The translations under genes and the position numbers were made by a program. DNA of 64,000 nt from an uncultured Phycisphaeraceae bacterium (GTDB lineage Bacteria; Planctomycetota; Phycisphaerae; Phycisphaerales; Phycisphaeraceae). The stretch covers positions 13,391-77,390 of the forward strand of contig CAZFDT010000001.1 of the NCBI GenBank assembly GCA_964518335.1, given 5' to 3'. The notes below the pieces were generated by a model. The model ran no database searches and was not told the origin of the DNA. It was given only the letters and a program-made list of their open reading frames with translations. Below, piece after piece: positions 44,551 through 53,636 of this stretch (position 1 is its first letter; the number at the start of each line of letters is the position of its first letter).

Positions 44551-45348
44551 TCAGTTCTGTCCCACCATCGCCGCCGCGTCATGGAAGACCATGGCGGCGT
44601 CGTTGCCTGCAGTGGCGGCGGTGTCGTTGTCGTTGGCGAAGAGGCTGTCAGTGGTCACGGTCGCGCCCGAGCCGTAACGCGTATGGGCGATCTGGTGCGT
44701 CGTTTCGGTCTGGACGTGGTTGTCGCCATAGACCGCGCCGCCGCGCCACTGGCCGCTGTCTTTGCCGGTCCAGACACTGCTGACCTGTGAGGTGGCGTTG
44801 GCGCCGGTGTTACGGTCGGTCAGGACGACGGCGTTGCTGTTGAGCGTGTCGCGCCACTCGGCCCCGCGGCCGTTGCCGTCGGTCGTGCCATCGGCGTTAG
44901 CGTCGATCGCCAGCATGGCGTAGCTGTGCTGGTCCTTGGTGATGTTGGCCAGGCTCTCGGTCCAGGGCGTGCGCGTCTCGTGCGGGCTGATGATGTATTC
45001 GCCCGTGAAGTAGCTGGCCTTGAGCATGATGAGCAGGCGAGCGCGGGGCACGCCGGCGTTCACGTCGGCGCCGTCGATCGCGGCGGCGGCCAGCAGCTTG
45101 CCGTCGCTGTCGAGCCCGGGGAAATAGCCGCGGTTGCCTTGGGCGTACGTGACCATGCCCTGGTGGATGCCGCGCAGGCGCGTGTTGCTCTCCATCAGGC
45201 GTGCGGCGATCCTGGCCGCGCCGATCGCCGGCAGCAGGATGCCGATGAGCAGCGCGATGATGCTGATGACCACGAGCAGCTCGATGAGGGTGAACCCGCC
45301 CACGGCGGGGCGGGGACGGACCTTGCGTGAGTGCGTGTATGCGCGCAT
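44551..45348 (-). CDS. DUF1559-type prepilin-like protein
   Basis: ATG 45346-45348 with AGGAG upstream. Contains G|[43 protein letters not shown]. Confidence 0.8.
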   Translation of the reverse strand: MRAYTHSRKVRPRPAVGGFTLIELLVVISIIALLIGILLPAIGAARIAARLMESNTRLRGIHQGMVTYAQGNRGYFPGLDSDGKLLAAAAIDGADVNAGVPRARLLIMLKASYFTGEYIISPHETRTPWTESLANITKDQHSYAMLAIDANADGTTDGNGRGAEWRDTLNSNAVVLTDRNTGANATSQVSSVWTGKDSGQWRGGAVYGDNHVQTETTHQIAHTRYGSGATVTTDSLFANDNDTAATAGNDAAMVFHDAAAMVGQN

Positions 45349-45601
45349 GGAAGCGCTCCTTTCGCAAATGGGGAACCTGACGGGGCGACCCGCTGCGAAC
45401 GGCAACACCGACCAGCGCGAATCCACGCCCTCTCCAGACGGAGCGACACCGGCCCTTCGGCTGACACAGGCGCGCACCCTGCGCGCCGCGGCGAAGGCGA
45501 TCACCGGCGAGACAGGCGAAAGCCGCATCGATAAGTGAATGGGAATAGGACGGATGAAATCGCGGCTTGGGCGGCCGTCGCGCGGGCAACCCGAATTGTG
45601 G

Positions 45602-45638
45602 AGGGGCGGAAGGTTCCCGCACGTGCGGGGCCGCCCCT
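45602..45638 (-). terminator. Nested GC-rich hairpin about 120 nt downstream of the CPBP gene
   Basis: Outer arms are AGGGGCGG / CCGCCCCT and the inner perfect palindrome is CCCGCACGTGCGGG. The role is uncertain. Confidence 0.3.
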
Positions 45639-45756
45639 GATCCAGCGGCACACCTCCCTTCGCGTCAGCCGGGCCTTCTGCCGCACTGCTGCAGATGACC
45701 CGCTATCTTCATTGTATCGGCCCCTGCCGCCGAGGAAAGAAAAATCTGCGGCCATT

Positions 45757-46569
45757 TCAACCGTTGCGCAGCGACTGAATCACGATGAGCACGTCGTACA
45801 GGGCGTGCGTGGCGGCGACGATGCCGAAGCCCCGCACGATGTATATGCCCGCGAAATAGACGCCCGCCAGGGTGTAATACAGCGCCAGGCCCAGCTCGAA
45901 GCGGTTCTCGTTGGAGAAGTGGTACAGCGAGAAGGCGATCGCCGAGCCCGCGATCGCGCCGATCGCCCCGACGTGGTTGGGCAGCGCCAGCACATCCACC
46001 AGCAGCAGGTGCAGCAGGGCGATGCCGATCAGACGGAACAGCAGTTCTTCGTAGATGCCCGCGCCGATGCTGAACACCAACTCCGCCTGCCATGTCGGGT
46101 CGTGCTGCCCGTCGGTGAGCATCTGCAGCGCTCGTGCCGCGGCGGGATGTCTGGCCATGACCAGCCCGAACACGAACAGTGGAACCGCCAGCACCAGCGA
46201 CTCGGCGAACATCAGCCCGTAGAGTCGCGGCTCGATCCGCCATGGGTCGCGCCGCGCCGCGTGCCACGACAGGAGCACGACCACGGCGATCAGGGCCGGC
46301 AGGTAGTACGCCGCCACGCCAAAGAGGTTGAAGAAGTCGCGCATCAGCCACCGCGCCGAGATGTCCTCGCTGCCGGTCACGTACAGATGCACCCCCAGCT
46401 CGTAGAGTGCGATCATGGGCAGCAGAAACAGCAGCGACTGCAACGGCCGCTGCGACCGCTCGAAGTAGCTGCCGAAGAAGATCGTGGACTGGTGCGGTTT
46501 GCGGGGCATGGGGGTAGGCGTGAGTGGTGCGCGGCCAGCGGGCCTCGACCACGCACTGCCGCTCTTCAC
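45757..46569 (-). CDS. CPBP family (CAAX-type) intramembrane metalloprotease
   Basis: Contains EELLFRLIG, FSLYHF and THALYD motifs in a polytopic membrane protein. GTG 46569 overlaps the apt stop (GTGA). ATG 46509 is an alternative start. Confidence 0.8.
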   Translation of the reverse strand: MKSGSAWSRPAGRAPLTPTPMPRKPHQSTIFFGSYFERSQRPLQSLLFLLPMIALYELGVHLYVTGSEDISARWLMRDFFNLFGVAAYYLPALIAVVVLLSWHAARRDPWRIEPRLYGLMFAESLVLAVPLFVFGLVMARHPAAARALQMLTDGQHDPTWQAELVFSIGAGIYEELLFRLIGIALLHLLLVDVLALPNHVGAIGAIAGSAIAFSLYHFSNENRFELGLALYYTLAGVYFAGIYIVRGFGIVAATHALYDVLIVIQSLRNG

Positions 46570-47105
46570 TCGATCGTGATCACCGCGTGAACGTGGTCGT
46601 ACTTGCCGAGCTTGGCGCGGCCCTTGAGAAAGGCCAGCTCGATGAGCACGGTGACGCCGGCCACTTCGCCGCCGAGCTTGTCCACCAGATCGACGCAGGC
46701 GCGCATGGTGCCGCCGGTCGCCAGCACGTCATCGACGACCAGCACTTTCTGGCCCGGCGCGATGGCGTCGCTGTGAATCTCCAGCCGGTCTGTTCCATAC
46801 TCCAAGTCGTAGGTGATGCCCGTGGTGGGTCGGGGCAGCTTGTTGGGCTTGCGCACGGGGATGAACCCCGCCGACAGCGCCTGGGCGATGGCGGTGCCGA
46901 AGATGAATCCGCGGCTTTCGGCGCCGAGCACGAGCTGCACGCCCTTGCCGCGGAACGGCGAGGCCATCAGCTCGACGGCCATGGCCAGCGCCTGGGCGTC
47001 CTTGAGCAGCGGGGTGATGTCCTTGAACACCACGCCGGGCTTGGGCCAGTCGGGCACGTCCTGGAGGTATTGCGTCAGGTCCATCGCGGCAAAGGTTGTC
47101 TGCAT
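46566..47105 (-). CDS. apt: Adenine phosphoribosyltransferase
   Basis: Contains DVPDWPKPGVVFKDITPLL and the PRPP-binding motif VLVVDDVLATGGT. Confidence 0.9.
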   Translation of the reverse strand: MQTTFAAMDLTQYLQDVPDWPKPGVVFKDITPLLKDAQALAMAVELMASPFRGKGVQLVLGAESRGFIFGTAIAQALSAGFIPVRKPNKLPRPTTGITYDLEYGTDRLEIHSDAIAPGQKVLVVDDVLATGGTMRACVDLVDKLGGEVAGVTVLIELAFLKGRAKLGKYDHVHAVITIE

Positions 47106-47350
47106 CACCGGCTCCTGGCGGCCCCGTGGCAGGCCGGTGGGTGTTTTACCACGACCGCCGCCCACACGCTCACGTCCGTGGAGTTATCTGCCGATGCTGA
47201 CGATTGAGCGGATCGGGCAAGGTGTTCGCGGAGGCCGCGGGCGGGCGCGGTTATCCCGGGGCCGCCGCCGGTCGATAAGCCCTTGGTGTTGTTGTGTGGC
47301 CGCTCGGCGCCGCCACACGCAGGCTCGCACCGCCGACTGTGAGGCATCGC

Positions 47351-48406
47351 ATGGAACTGGACACCATTCTCAAAACAGCCCTGGACATGGGCGCGTCCGA
47401 CATCCATCTCATCAGCGGACACGTGCCCTACGCCCGCATCACCACGGTGATGACCCCGCTGGACTATCCCGTCATCACGCCCGAGAGCGCGATGCGCATG
47501 TTCAAGGCCATGACCAGCGAGGATCATCAGAAGCAGTTCGACAAGATCAAGGACGCCGACTTCTCCTACGAGATCCCCGGCGTCGGACGTTTCCGCGTCA
47601 ACGCTCACATGCAGCGGCACAGCGTGGGCATTTCGCTGCGCGCCATCAAGGAGAAGATCCCCCCGCTGAAGGAACTTAACCTCCCCGAGGTGATCTCGCG
47701 TCTGACCTACCTGCCGCGCGGCCTCGTGCTCGTCACCGGGCAGACCGGCTCGGGCAAGTCCACCACCCTCGCCGCCATGATCCAGGAGATGAACAAGCGG
47801 TATCACCGCCACATCATCACCCTCGAGGACCCCATCGAGTTCACGCTCGAAAGCGAGAAGTCCGTCATCGAGCAGCGCGAGTTGGGCGACGACGTGCCCA
47901 GCTTCGCCAGCGGTCTGCGCCACGTGCTGCGTCAGGACCCCGACATCATCCTCGTCGGCGAAATGCGCGACCTGGAGACCACCTCCGCCGCCATCACCGC
48001 CGCGGAGACCGGCCACCTGGTGCTCTCGACCCTGCACACCTGCAACGCGTCGCAGACGGTCGAACGCATCATCGACATGTACCCCGCCGATCAGCAGAAC
48101 CAGATCCGCGCCATGCTGGCGACCACGCTGCAGGCGGTGATCTCGCAAACGCTGTTCAAGCGGACCGACAAGAAGGGCATGTGCCCCGCCATCGAGGTGA
48201 TGCTCTGCACCCCGGCGGTGCGCAACCTGATCCGCGAAAACCGCGTGTTCGAGATTCCCAACGTGATCGAGACGAATCGTGCCCTTGGCATGAATACGCT
48301 GGATAACGCCATCGCCGAGCTCTACTTCAACGGGATGATCAGCCGCGAGGACGCCATCGCGCAGGCGGCATACCCCGAGAAGCTGGAGCGAACGCTGGTG
48401 GCGTGA
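47351..48406 (+). CDS. pilT: PilT-family (twitching-motility/retraction-type) secretion ATPase
   Basis: 351 aa. Walker A is GQTGSGKSTTLAAMI. Also has ILVGEMRD and the PilT signature PAVRNLIRENRVFEI. There is no GspE/PilB-type N-terminal extension. Confidence 0.9.
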   Translation: MELDTILKTALDMGASDIHLISGHVPYARITTVMTPLDYPVITPESAMRMFKAMTSEDHQKQFDKIKDADFSYEIPGVGRFRVNAHMQRHSVGISLRAIKEKIPPLKELNLPEVISRLTYLPRGLVLVTGQTGSGKSTTLAAMIQEMNKRYHRHIITLEDPIEFTLESEKSVIEQRELGDDVPSFASGLRHVLRQDPDIILVGEMRDLETTSAAITAAETGHLVLSTLHTCNASQTVERIIDMYPADQQNQIRAMLATTLQAVISQTLFKRTDKKGMCPAIEVMLCTPAVRNLIRENRVFEIPNVIETNRALGMNTLDNAIAELYFNGMISREDAIAQAAYPEKLERTLVA

Positions 48407-48466
48407 GCGGGCTGGCGACGGATCGCGCTGTGGGGGCGTGGTTGATGGGACGCGGGAGTTTGTGAC

Positions 48467-49690
48467 ATGCCCCAATATCGATATCAGGCACGAACGACAG
48501 GCGGCGAGATCACGGCCGGCGTGATTGCCGCCGACAGCGCCCTGGGCGCCGCGCAGCAGTTGCGTGCGCAGGGCGGCCAGGTGCTGCAGCTCGTGCCACT
48601 GGGCGGCGGCGCTCGCAACGTCACCGACAAGCTCAAGGCGCTCAACTACACCTCCGGCCCGTCGCAGCGCGACATCCTCAACATGACCACGCAGCTTGCG
48701 GTCATGATTCGCGCCGGCATCAGCCTCCGCGCGGCGCTGGAAGGCATCGCCGACCAGACCGAGAATCCCAAGTTCAAAGCCGTCCTGATGCAGATCAAGC
48801 AGGACGTCGAGTCGGGCAAGCAGTTCTCCGAGGCGCTGACCCGCCACCCCAAGCTCTTCGGCCCGCTGTACGTCAACATGGTCCGGGCCTCGGAAATGTC
48901 CGGCAGTTTCAGCCACATGCTCGAACGCATCGCCGCCTACCTGGCGCAGCAGATCGAGACACGACAGATGGTCGTCGGCGCCATGATCTACCCCGGCGTG
49001 ATCGGCTCGCTGGCGGTGGCGGTGACGGTGTTCCTGCTCACCTTCGTGCTGCCCAAGTTCGCCGAGGTGTTCCGCGGCAAGGAAGCCGCCATGCCCTGGC
49101 CCACGCAGTTCCTCATGGGCCTGTCGGCGTTCATGGTCGAATACTGGTGGGCGATGCTGCTGTTGGCGCTGGCCGGTGGCGTCGGCCTGTTCATGTTCAT
49201 CCGCACCGAGCCCGGCGGATGGTGGTTCGACGCCACCAAGCTCCGCGTGCCCATCCTCAGCAGGATGTTCCGCGCGCTCTACATCAGCCGGTCGCTGCAT
49301 ACCATGGGCGAACTGGTCAACGCCGGCGTGCCCATGCTCGACACCATCCAGATCACCGGCGACATCAGCGGCAACCGACTCTACCGCCGCCTCTGGGCCA
49401 GCGTCTATGCCTCCGTCAAGCAGGGCAAAAAGATCACCCAGCCCCTGACCAAGACCCCGCTGCTGCCCAAGAGCGTCGTGCAGATGGTCAGCGCCGGCGA
49501 AGAGTCGGGCAAACTTGGAGAAGTGCTCGACGAAGTCTCCAGCTTCTACACCAAGCAGCTTCGCGACGCCATCAAGACCGTCACCAGCATGATCGAGCCG
49601 ATCATGATCATGGTGATGGGCGGCATCGTGGGCTTCATCGCCATGGCGATCATTCTCCCGATCTTCAAGCTCTCGACGCTGGTGAAGTAG
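48467..49690 (+). CDS. Type II secretion / type IV pilus platform protein (GspF/PilC family)
   Basis: 407 aa with two T2SSF repeats (...FSEALTRHPKLFGPLYVNMVRASEMSG... and ...ITQPLTKTPLLPKSVVQMVSAGEESG...) and three TM segments. Confidence 0.9.
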   Translation: MPQYRYQARTTGGEITAGVIAADSALGAAQQLRAQGGQVLQLVPLGGGARNVTDKLKALNYTSGPSQRDILNMTTQLAVMIRAGISLRAALEGIADQTENPKFKAVLMQIKQDVESGKQFSEALTRHPKLFGPLYVNMVRASEMSGSFSHMLERIAAYLAQQIETRQMVVGAMIYPGVIGSLAVAVTVFLLTFVLPKFAEVFRGKEAAMPWPTQFLMGLSAFMVEYWWAMLLLALAGGVGLFMFIRTEPGGWWFDATKLRVPILSRMFRALYISRSLHTMGELVNAGVPMLDTIQITGDISGNRLYRRLWASVYASVKQGKKITQPLTKTPLLPKSVVQMVSAGEESGKLGEVLDEVSSFYTKQLRDAIKTVTSMIEPIMIMVMGGIVGFIAMAIILPIFKLSTLVK

Positions 49691-49829
49691 CGGCTGCCGC
49701 GCAGGTTTATTCCGGTTGTGACGAAAGCGCCGGTCGGGAACAACCGATACCACGACAAAGATGACCGCGCGCGCGACCGATGAATCGTCTGATTATCGGG
49801 ATAGAAGCGCTGCAGTCGGCGAGCGACGC

Positions 49830-50414
49830 ATGACACCCCCGATCCCGCATCCCCGAGCCACGATCCCCCGCTGTCGGCGGGCGCGGGGCTTTACGCTCAT
49901 CGAGGCGGCGCTGACGACGGTGATCGTGGGCGTGGGCGTGCTGGCCATCGTGGCTGCCCAACAGGCCTATCATCAGAAAAATCAATGGTCGCAGCGCGTC
50001 GGCACGGGTCTGCTGCTGGCCAACGAACTCCGCGAGTTGATCCTCACGCTGCCTGTTCACGATCCGATCACCGGCGCCAGCAACCTCGGGCCGGAGTTGG
50101 GAGAAAGCGGCATCGCCCATTACGACGACGTCGATGACTTCGCGGGCTCCGTCAGTGGTGGGTTCGGCAGCGGGACCACCTTCTCCCCGCCGGTCAACGC
50201 CCTGCGCCAGGTCATCCCCGACATGGCCGGGTGGTCGCAGCACGTCGAAGTCATCAACGTGCTGCCCGATCGGATGGACGTCACCCCCGCTTTCGCCCAG
50301 CCGCTGGGCACGACCGACCTGATGCGCATCACCGTGACCACGCGATACCAGGGGCCCAACGATCCCCAACCCGTGACCATCTCGCAATTGACCTGGGTCA
50401 TGGGACGACAGTGA
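49830..50414 (+). CDS. Minor pseudopilin-like protein (prepilin-type N-terminus)
   Basis: Contains RARG|FTLIEAALTTVIVGVGVLAIVAA with Glu at +5. About 170-aa mature domain. Confidence 0.7.
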   Translation: MTPPIPHPRATIPRCRRARGFTLIEAALTTVIVGVGVLAIVAAQQAYHQKNQWSQRVGTGLLLANELRELILTLPVHDPITGASNLGPELGESGIAHYDDVDDFAGSVSGGFGSGTTFSPPVNALRQVIPDMAGWSQHVEVINVLPDRMDVTPAFAQPLGTTDLMRITVTTRYQGPNDPQPVTISQLTWVMGRQ

Positions 50415-50481
50415 TTGGCAATGCCTGCTGAATGATGTGAAGAAAGGGAAGACTCGCCAGAAACTACGAAGGACGACGGAC

Positions 50482-52710
50482 ATGCCGCTCTTACATCATC
50501 CATCATCCATCAGACATCATCCATCTCCCCGCCAGCGCGGCGCAGCGGCGATCCTGGCCATGATGTTCCTGGTCATCTTCTCGTCGCTGGCGGCGGCGAT
50601 GGCGATCGTGTCACAGGGCAATCTGGCCACCGCCGAATCGCATCTGAAAGTCAACCGCGCCCTGGCCTCGGCGGAAACGGGCATGCAGTGGCTCATCTAT
50701 CGTCTCGACCAGGTCACGGTCAACGTCAAGACCCGCGACGGCCTGATCAGCGCCACCAACGCCCCGGCGCTGTGGCAGCAGACGCGCGATGCCCTGGTGC
50801 TGTCCCTGGCCGGCGAAGGACACAATCTCGATGAACCCTACGTCGTCGGCAACAAGCTCCACGTCGGGCCCGTCAGTCTCGGCCAGGGCTCGCCTCCCTT
50901 TACCGCTGAGTTCGTCCCTCACCCCATCGCCGGCGAAAACTACAACAGCTCCTACTACCAGCGTCCGCCTTACAGCACGATGACGCCCGCCGTCTCCAAC
51001 GCCACGCCACTCGACGCCACTTGGGTGCGCGTCAAAGTCGTCGCCACCGACGGCAGCGGCGACGCCGCCATCACCCGCGGCATCCAGATGGACTTCAAGA
51101 TCGACAAGAAAATCAAGTTCGCCATCCTCTCCAAGAGCCGCGTGATGATCGGCCGCAACGTGATGATCGAAGGCCCCATCGGCAGCCGCTTCCAGGAAAC
51201 CCACCTGCAGAACGGCCACCCCGTCCAGATGATGTCCGACTTCCGCGGTCTCGACAGCGACCTCGACGCCTCACTCGACAACTTCACCGATTGGCTTAAA
51301 ACCAACGACAGCGACGGCGACAACCGGCTGCAGGTCGCCAACACCGCCGAGACCGACGGCATCGCCGACCCCGCATCGCTGGATGTGTCCGGCGACGGGT
51401 TCATCGATGAGTTCGACTTCTTTCTCGCACGGTTCGACACCAACGGCGACGGCCGCGTCTCCGCAACCGAACTGAACACCAGCGGCAGCATCGACGCGGC
51501 CCAGCTCATGGAACTGATCGATACCTTCGGCGATTCGTCGCGCAGCGGGTTCGACGACGGATTCATCGACGCGGATGATCGCTACGTGAAAGTGCGTGGG
51601 GCCGTGCAGATCGCTGCTGATCTCTCGGGATGGCAGGATGGTGCCGCCGGTGGCAACTATCAGGACTACTTCCAGGGCTCGATCCAGGCCAAGCACGGCG
51701 AGGCGCCGCTGACCTTCGAGTCCGCCGAGGCCCAGGCCCATGCCTTTGGCCCCGATGACTTCGACGTGTCGGCGTTTCAAACCAAGGCCAGTGGCGACCT
51801 GCAGGCCCAGGCGTCCACGCAAGTGTCGTCCGCCGACCCGAGCGACCCGGAGCGACCCCGCTACGACAACACCGGCGTCCGCGAGGAAGTCCCCTTCGGC
51901 TCGGCGTATCCCTACGACTACTACCAGCGCCCGGTGTACGAAAACATGGTGTTCGAGAACGTCACCATACCCAAGGGCACCAACGCGCTCTTCAAAAACT
52001 GCGTGTTTCGCGGTGTCACCTTCGTGGACACCGAGGCGTCCAACACCGACACCAACTACAACTACGCGGGCATGGAAGAGGCCGATGGCTCGCCCAAGCA
52101 CCCCGATCGCAAGGCGATGGTCAACGGCCAGGAAGTCACCAACACCAAGACCATCTCCAACAACGTGCGCTTCGACGGCTGCACGTTCGAGGGCGCCATC
52201 GTGTCCAACGTGCCCCAGGAGTTCACCCACGTCCGCAACAAGATCGCCTTCACCGGGCGCACTCGCTTCGACATCGACAGCTCGGCGTGGCTCAGCAGCG
52301 AGGAGAAGACCCTCTACAAGCGCAGCTCCATGCTCATGCCCCATTACTCCGTGGAGATGGGCACATTCGTCAGCCCGTCCGACTCCAACGAGACGGTGCA
52401 TCTATCCGGCGCCATCGTCACCGGCATCCTGGACATGCGCGGACAGGTGAAGATCAACGGCATCGTGCTCACCACCTTCGAGCCGGTGAGCAATCAGGGC
52501 CCGGTGCTCGGCGAAACCAGTCCGCAGTTCAACACGACGCTGGGCTACTTCCCCAAGAGCGCGGGCGACCTCGAAGCCGAGTTGCCCTCCAACGGCGTGG
52601 GCGTCATCCAGGTTCGTTACGATCCCAAGCTCCCCCTGCCTGACGGCATTCTCGGCTCGATTCAGGTCACGCCGATGGTCAGCACGTACTTTGAACTGGG
52701 GGCGCAATGA
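50482..52710 (+). CDS. Giant GspK/PilX-like pseudopilin with EF-hand pair and beta-helix-like C-terminal region
   Basis: The N-terminus QRG|AAAILAMMFLVIFSSLAAAMAIV lacks Glu+5, as in GspK/PilX_N. It has canonical EF-hand loops DVSGDGFIDEFD and DTNGDGRVSATE plus DSDGDNRL. The later repeats VFENVTIPKGTNALFKNCVFRGVTFVD...VRFDGCTFEGAIVSN suggest a parallel beta-helix. GTG 50437 is an alternative start. Confidence 0.65.
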   Translation: MPLLHHPSSIRHHPSPRQRGAAAILAMMFLVIFSSLAAAMAIVSQGNLATAESHLKVNRALASAETGMQWLIYRLDQVTVNVKTRDGLISATNAPALWQQTRDALVLSLAGEGHNLDEPYVVGNKLHVGPVSLGQGSPPFTAEFVPHPIAGENYNSSYYQRPPYSTMTPAVSNATPLDATWVRVKVVATDGSGDAAITRGIQMDFKIDKKIKFAILSKSRVMIGRNVMIEGPIGSRFQETHLQNGHPVQMMSDFRGLDSDLDASLDNFTDWLKTNDSDGDNRLQVANTAETDGIADPASLDVSGDGFIDEFDFFLARFDTNGDGRVSATELNTSGSIDAAQLMELIDTFGDSSRSGFDDGFIDADDRYVKVRGAVQIAADLSGWQDGAAGGNYQDYFQGSIQAKHGEAPLTFESAEAQAHAFGPDDFDVSAFQTKASGDLQAQASTQVSSADPSDPERPRYDNTGVREEVPFGSAYPYDYYQRPVYENMVFENVTIPKGTNALFKNCVFRGVTFVDTEASNTDTNYNYAGMEEADGSPKHPDRKAMVNGQEVTNTKTISNNVRFDGCTFEGAIVSNVPQEFTHVRNKIAFTGRTRFDIDSSAWLSSEEKTLYKRSSMLMPHYSVEMGTFVSPSDSNETVHLSGAIVTGILDMRGQVKINGIVLTTFEPVSNQGPVLGETSPQFNTTLGYFPKSAGDLEAELPSNGVGVIQVRYDPKLPLPDGILGSIQVTPMVSTYFELGAQ

Positions 52711-53336
52711 TGACGATACCAAACAGCGAATCTCCCATTCCGATCACCAGATCGCAGCCAGCGCGCCGACGGGGCGTGTCGCTCGTCGAGATGCTGCTGG
52801 CGCTGGCGATCAGTGCGCTGCTGCTCACGGCGACGATGGTGGCCCTGGACGCGAGCTTCCACGCCTATGCCGTGGCGGCGGAAACGGCCACGACACAGGC
52901 CTCGACCCGCCTGATGACCCATCGCCTGCTCACGCTCATCCGCACCAGCACCGCCCATGGCCCGCTTCAGCCCGACGCCACGAGCAGCCCCCCGGCGACG
53001 CTCAGCGGCGACACCATCGACAGCCCCTACATCGAACTCATCGACCCCAACGACCGTTTCATCCGGATCGAGTACCGCCCCCTGGTCCAGGAGTTGTGGG
53101 CGATCACCCAGCCGGCGGGCGGCGGGCTACCCCTGGCGCAGCCCATCCTGCGCGGCGTGACGGCGGCCAACTTCTTCTGCAATCGTCGCAAGGACGCCGA
53201 CGGCGTCTGGGTCCTCGCCCGCGCGACCATGGACCTCACCGTCGAGGCGACTGGCGACACCACGCTGCAACTCGAGTCGGCAGACCTTCCTCCCATTCGC
53301 ATCATCGCCTCGACCAAGCCGCGCAAACTCGACTGA
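52707..53336 (+). CDS. Minor pseudopilin-like protein (GspJ-like)
   Basis: ATG overlaps the upstream stop (ATGA). Contains RRG|VSLVEMLLALAISALLLTATMVAL with Glu at +5. Confidence 0.65.
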   Translation: MMTIPNSESPIPITRSQPARRRGVSLVEMLLALAISALLLTATMVALDASFHAYAVAAETATTQASTRLMTHRLLTLIRTSTAHGPLQPDATSSPPATLSGDTIDSPYIELIDPNDRFIRIEYRPLVQELWAITQPAGGGLPLAQPILRGVTAANFFCNRRKDADGVWVLARATMDLTVEATGDTTLQLESADLPPIRIIASTKPRKLD

Positions 53337-53636
53337 CGCGGCGACCCCCGCGACCCCCGGGGGTGACGCGGTGTGCAGATCGGCGTCGCGAGGGGCTTGA
53401 ACGCGTACCGCGGCGCGGTATGATGTTTGTATTATGTTCGGACTCGGCGACGGCGCCGGGCCGGGTCGTTCTTTGGCAAGTGAACAACGGCGACGACCGG
53501 CCGGGGCGGTTGTTAGGGTGGTGCGGATGAAGGGCGGATGCTTCGCTGCGCACCGGCGAGCGTGTTCGGCTGGCTCGCTTGCTCCAACGTCAATGCCGGT
53601 CGGCAGATACACTCTTCGCACAGGCAGGGAGGCGGC

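Noticed and set aside
47105-49753. 882-aa minus-strand ORF
   Set aside because: It is antisense to pilT and the GspF/PilC gene, which carry Walker A, the PilT signature and T2SSF repeats. Its composition is H/D/G/A/R-rich with no motifs.
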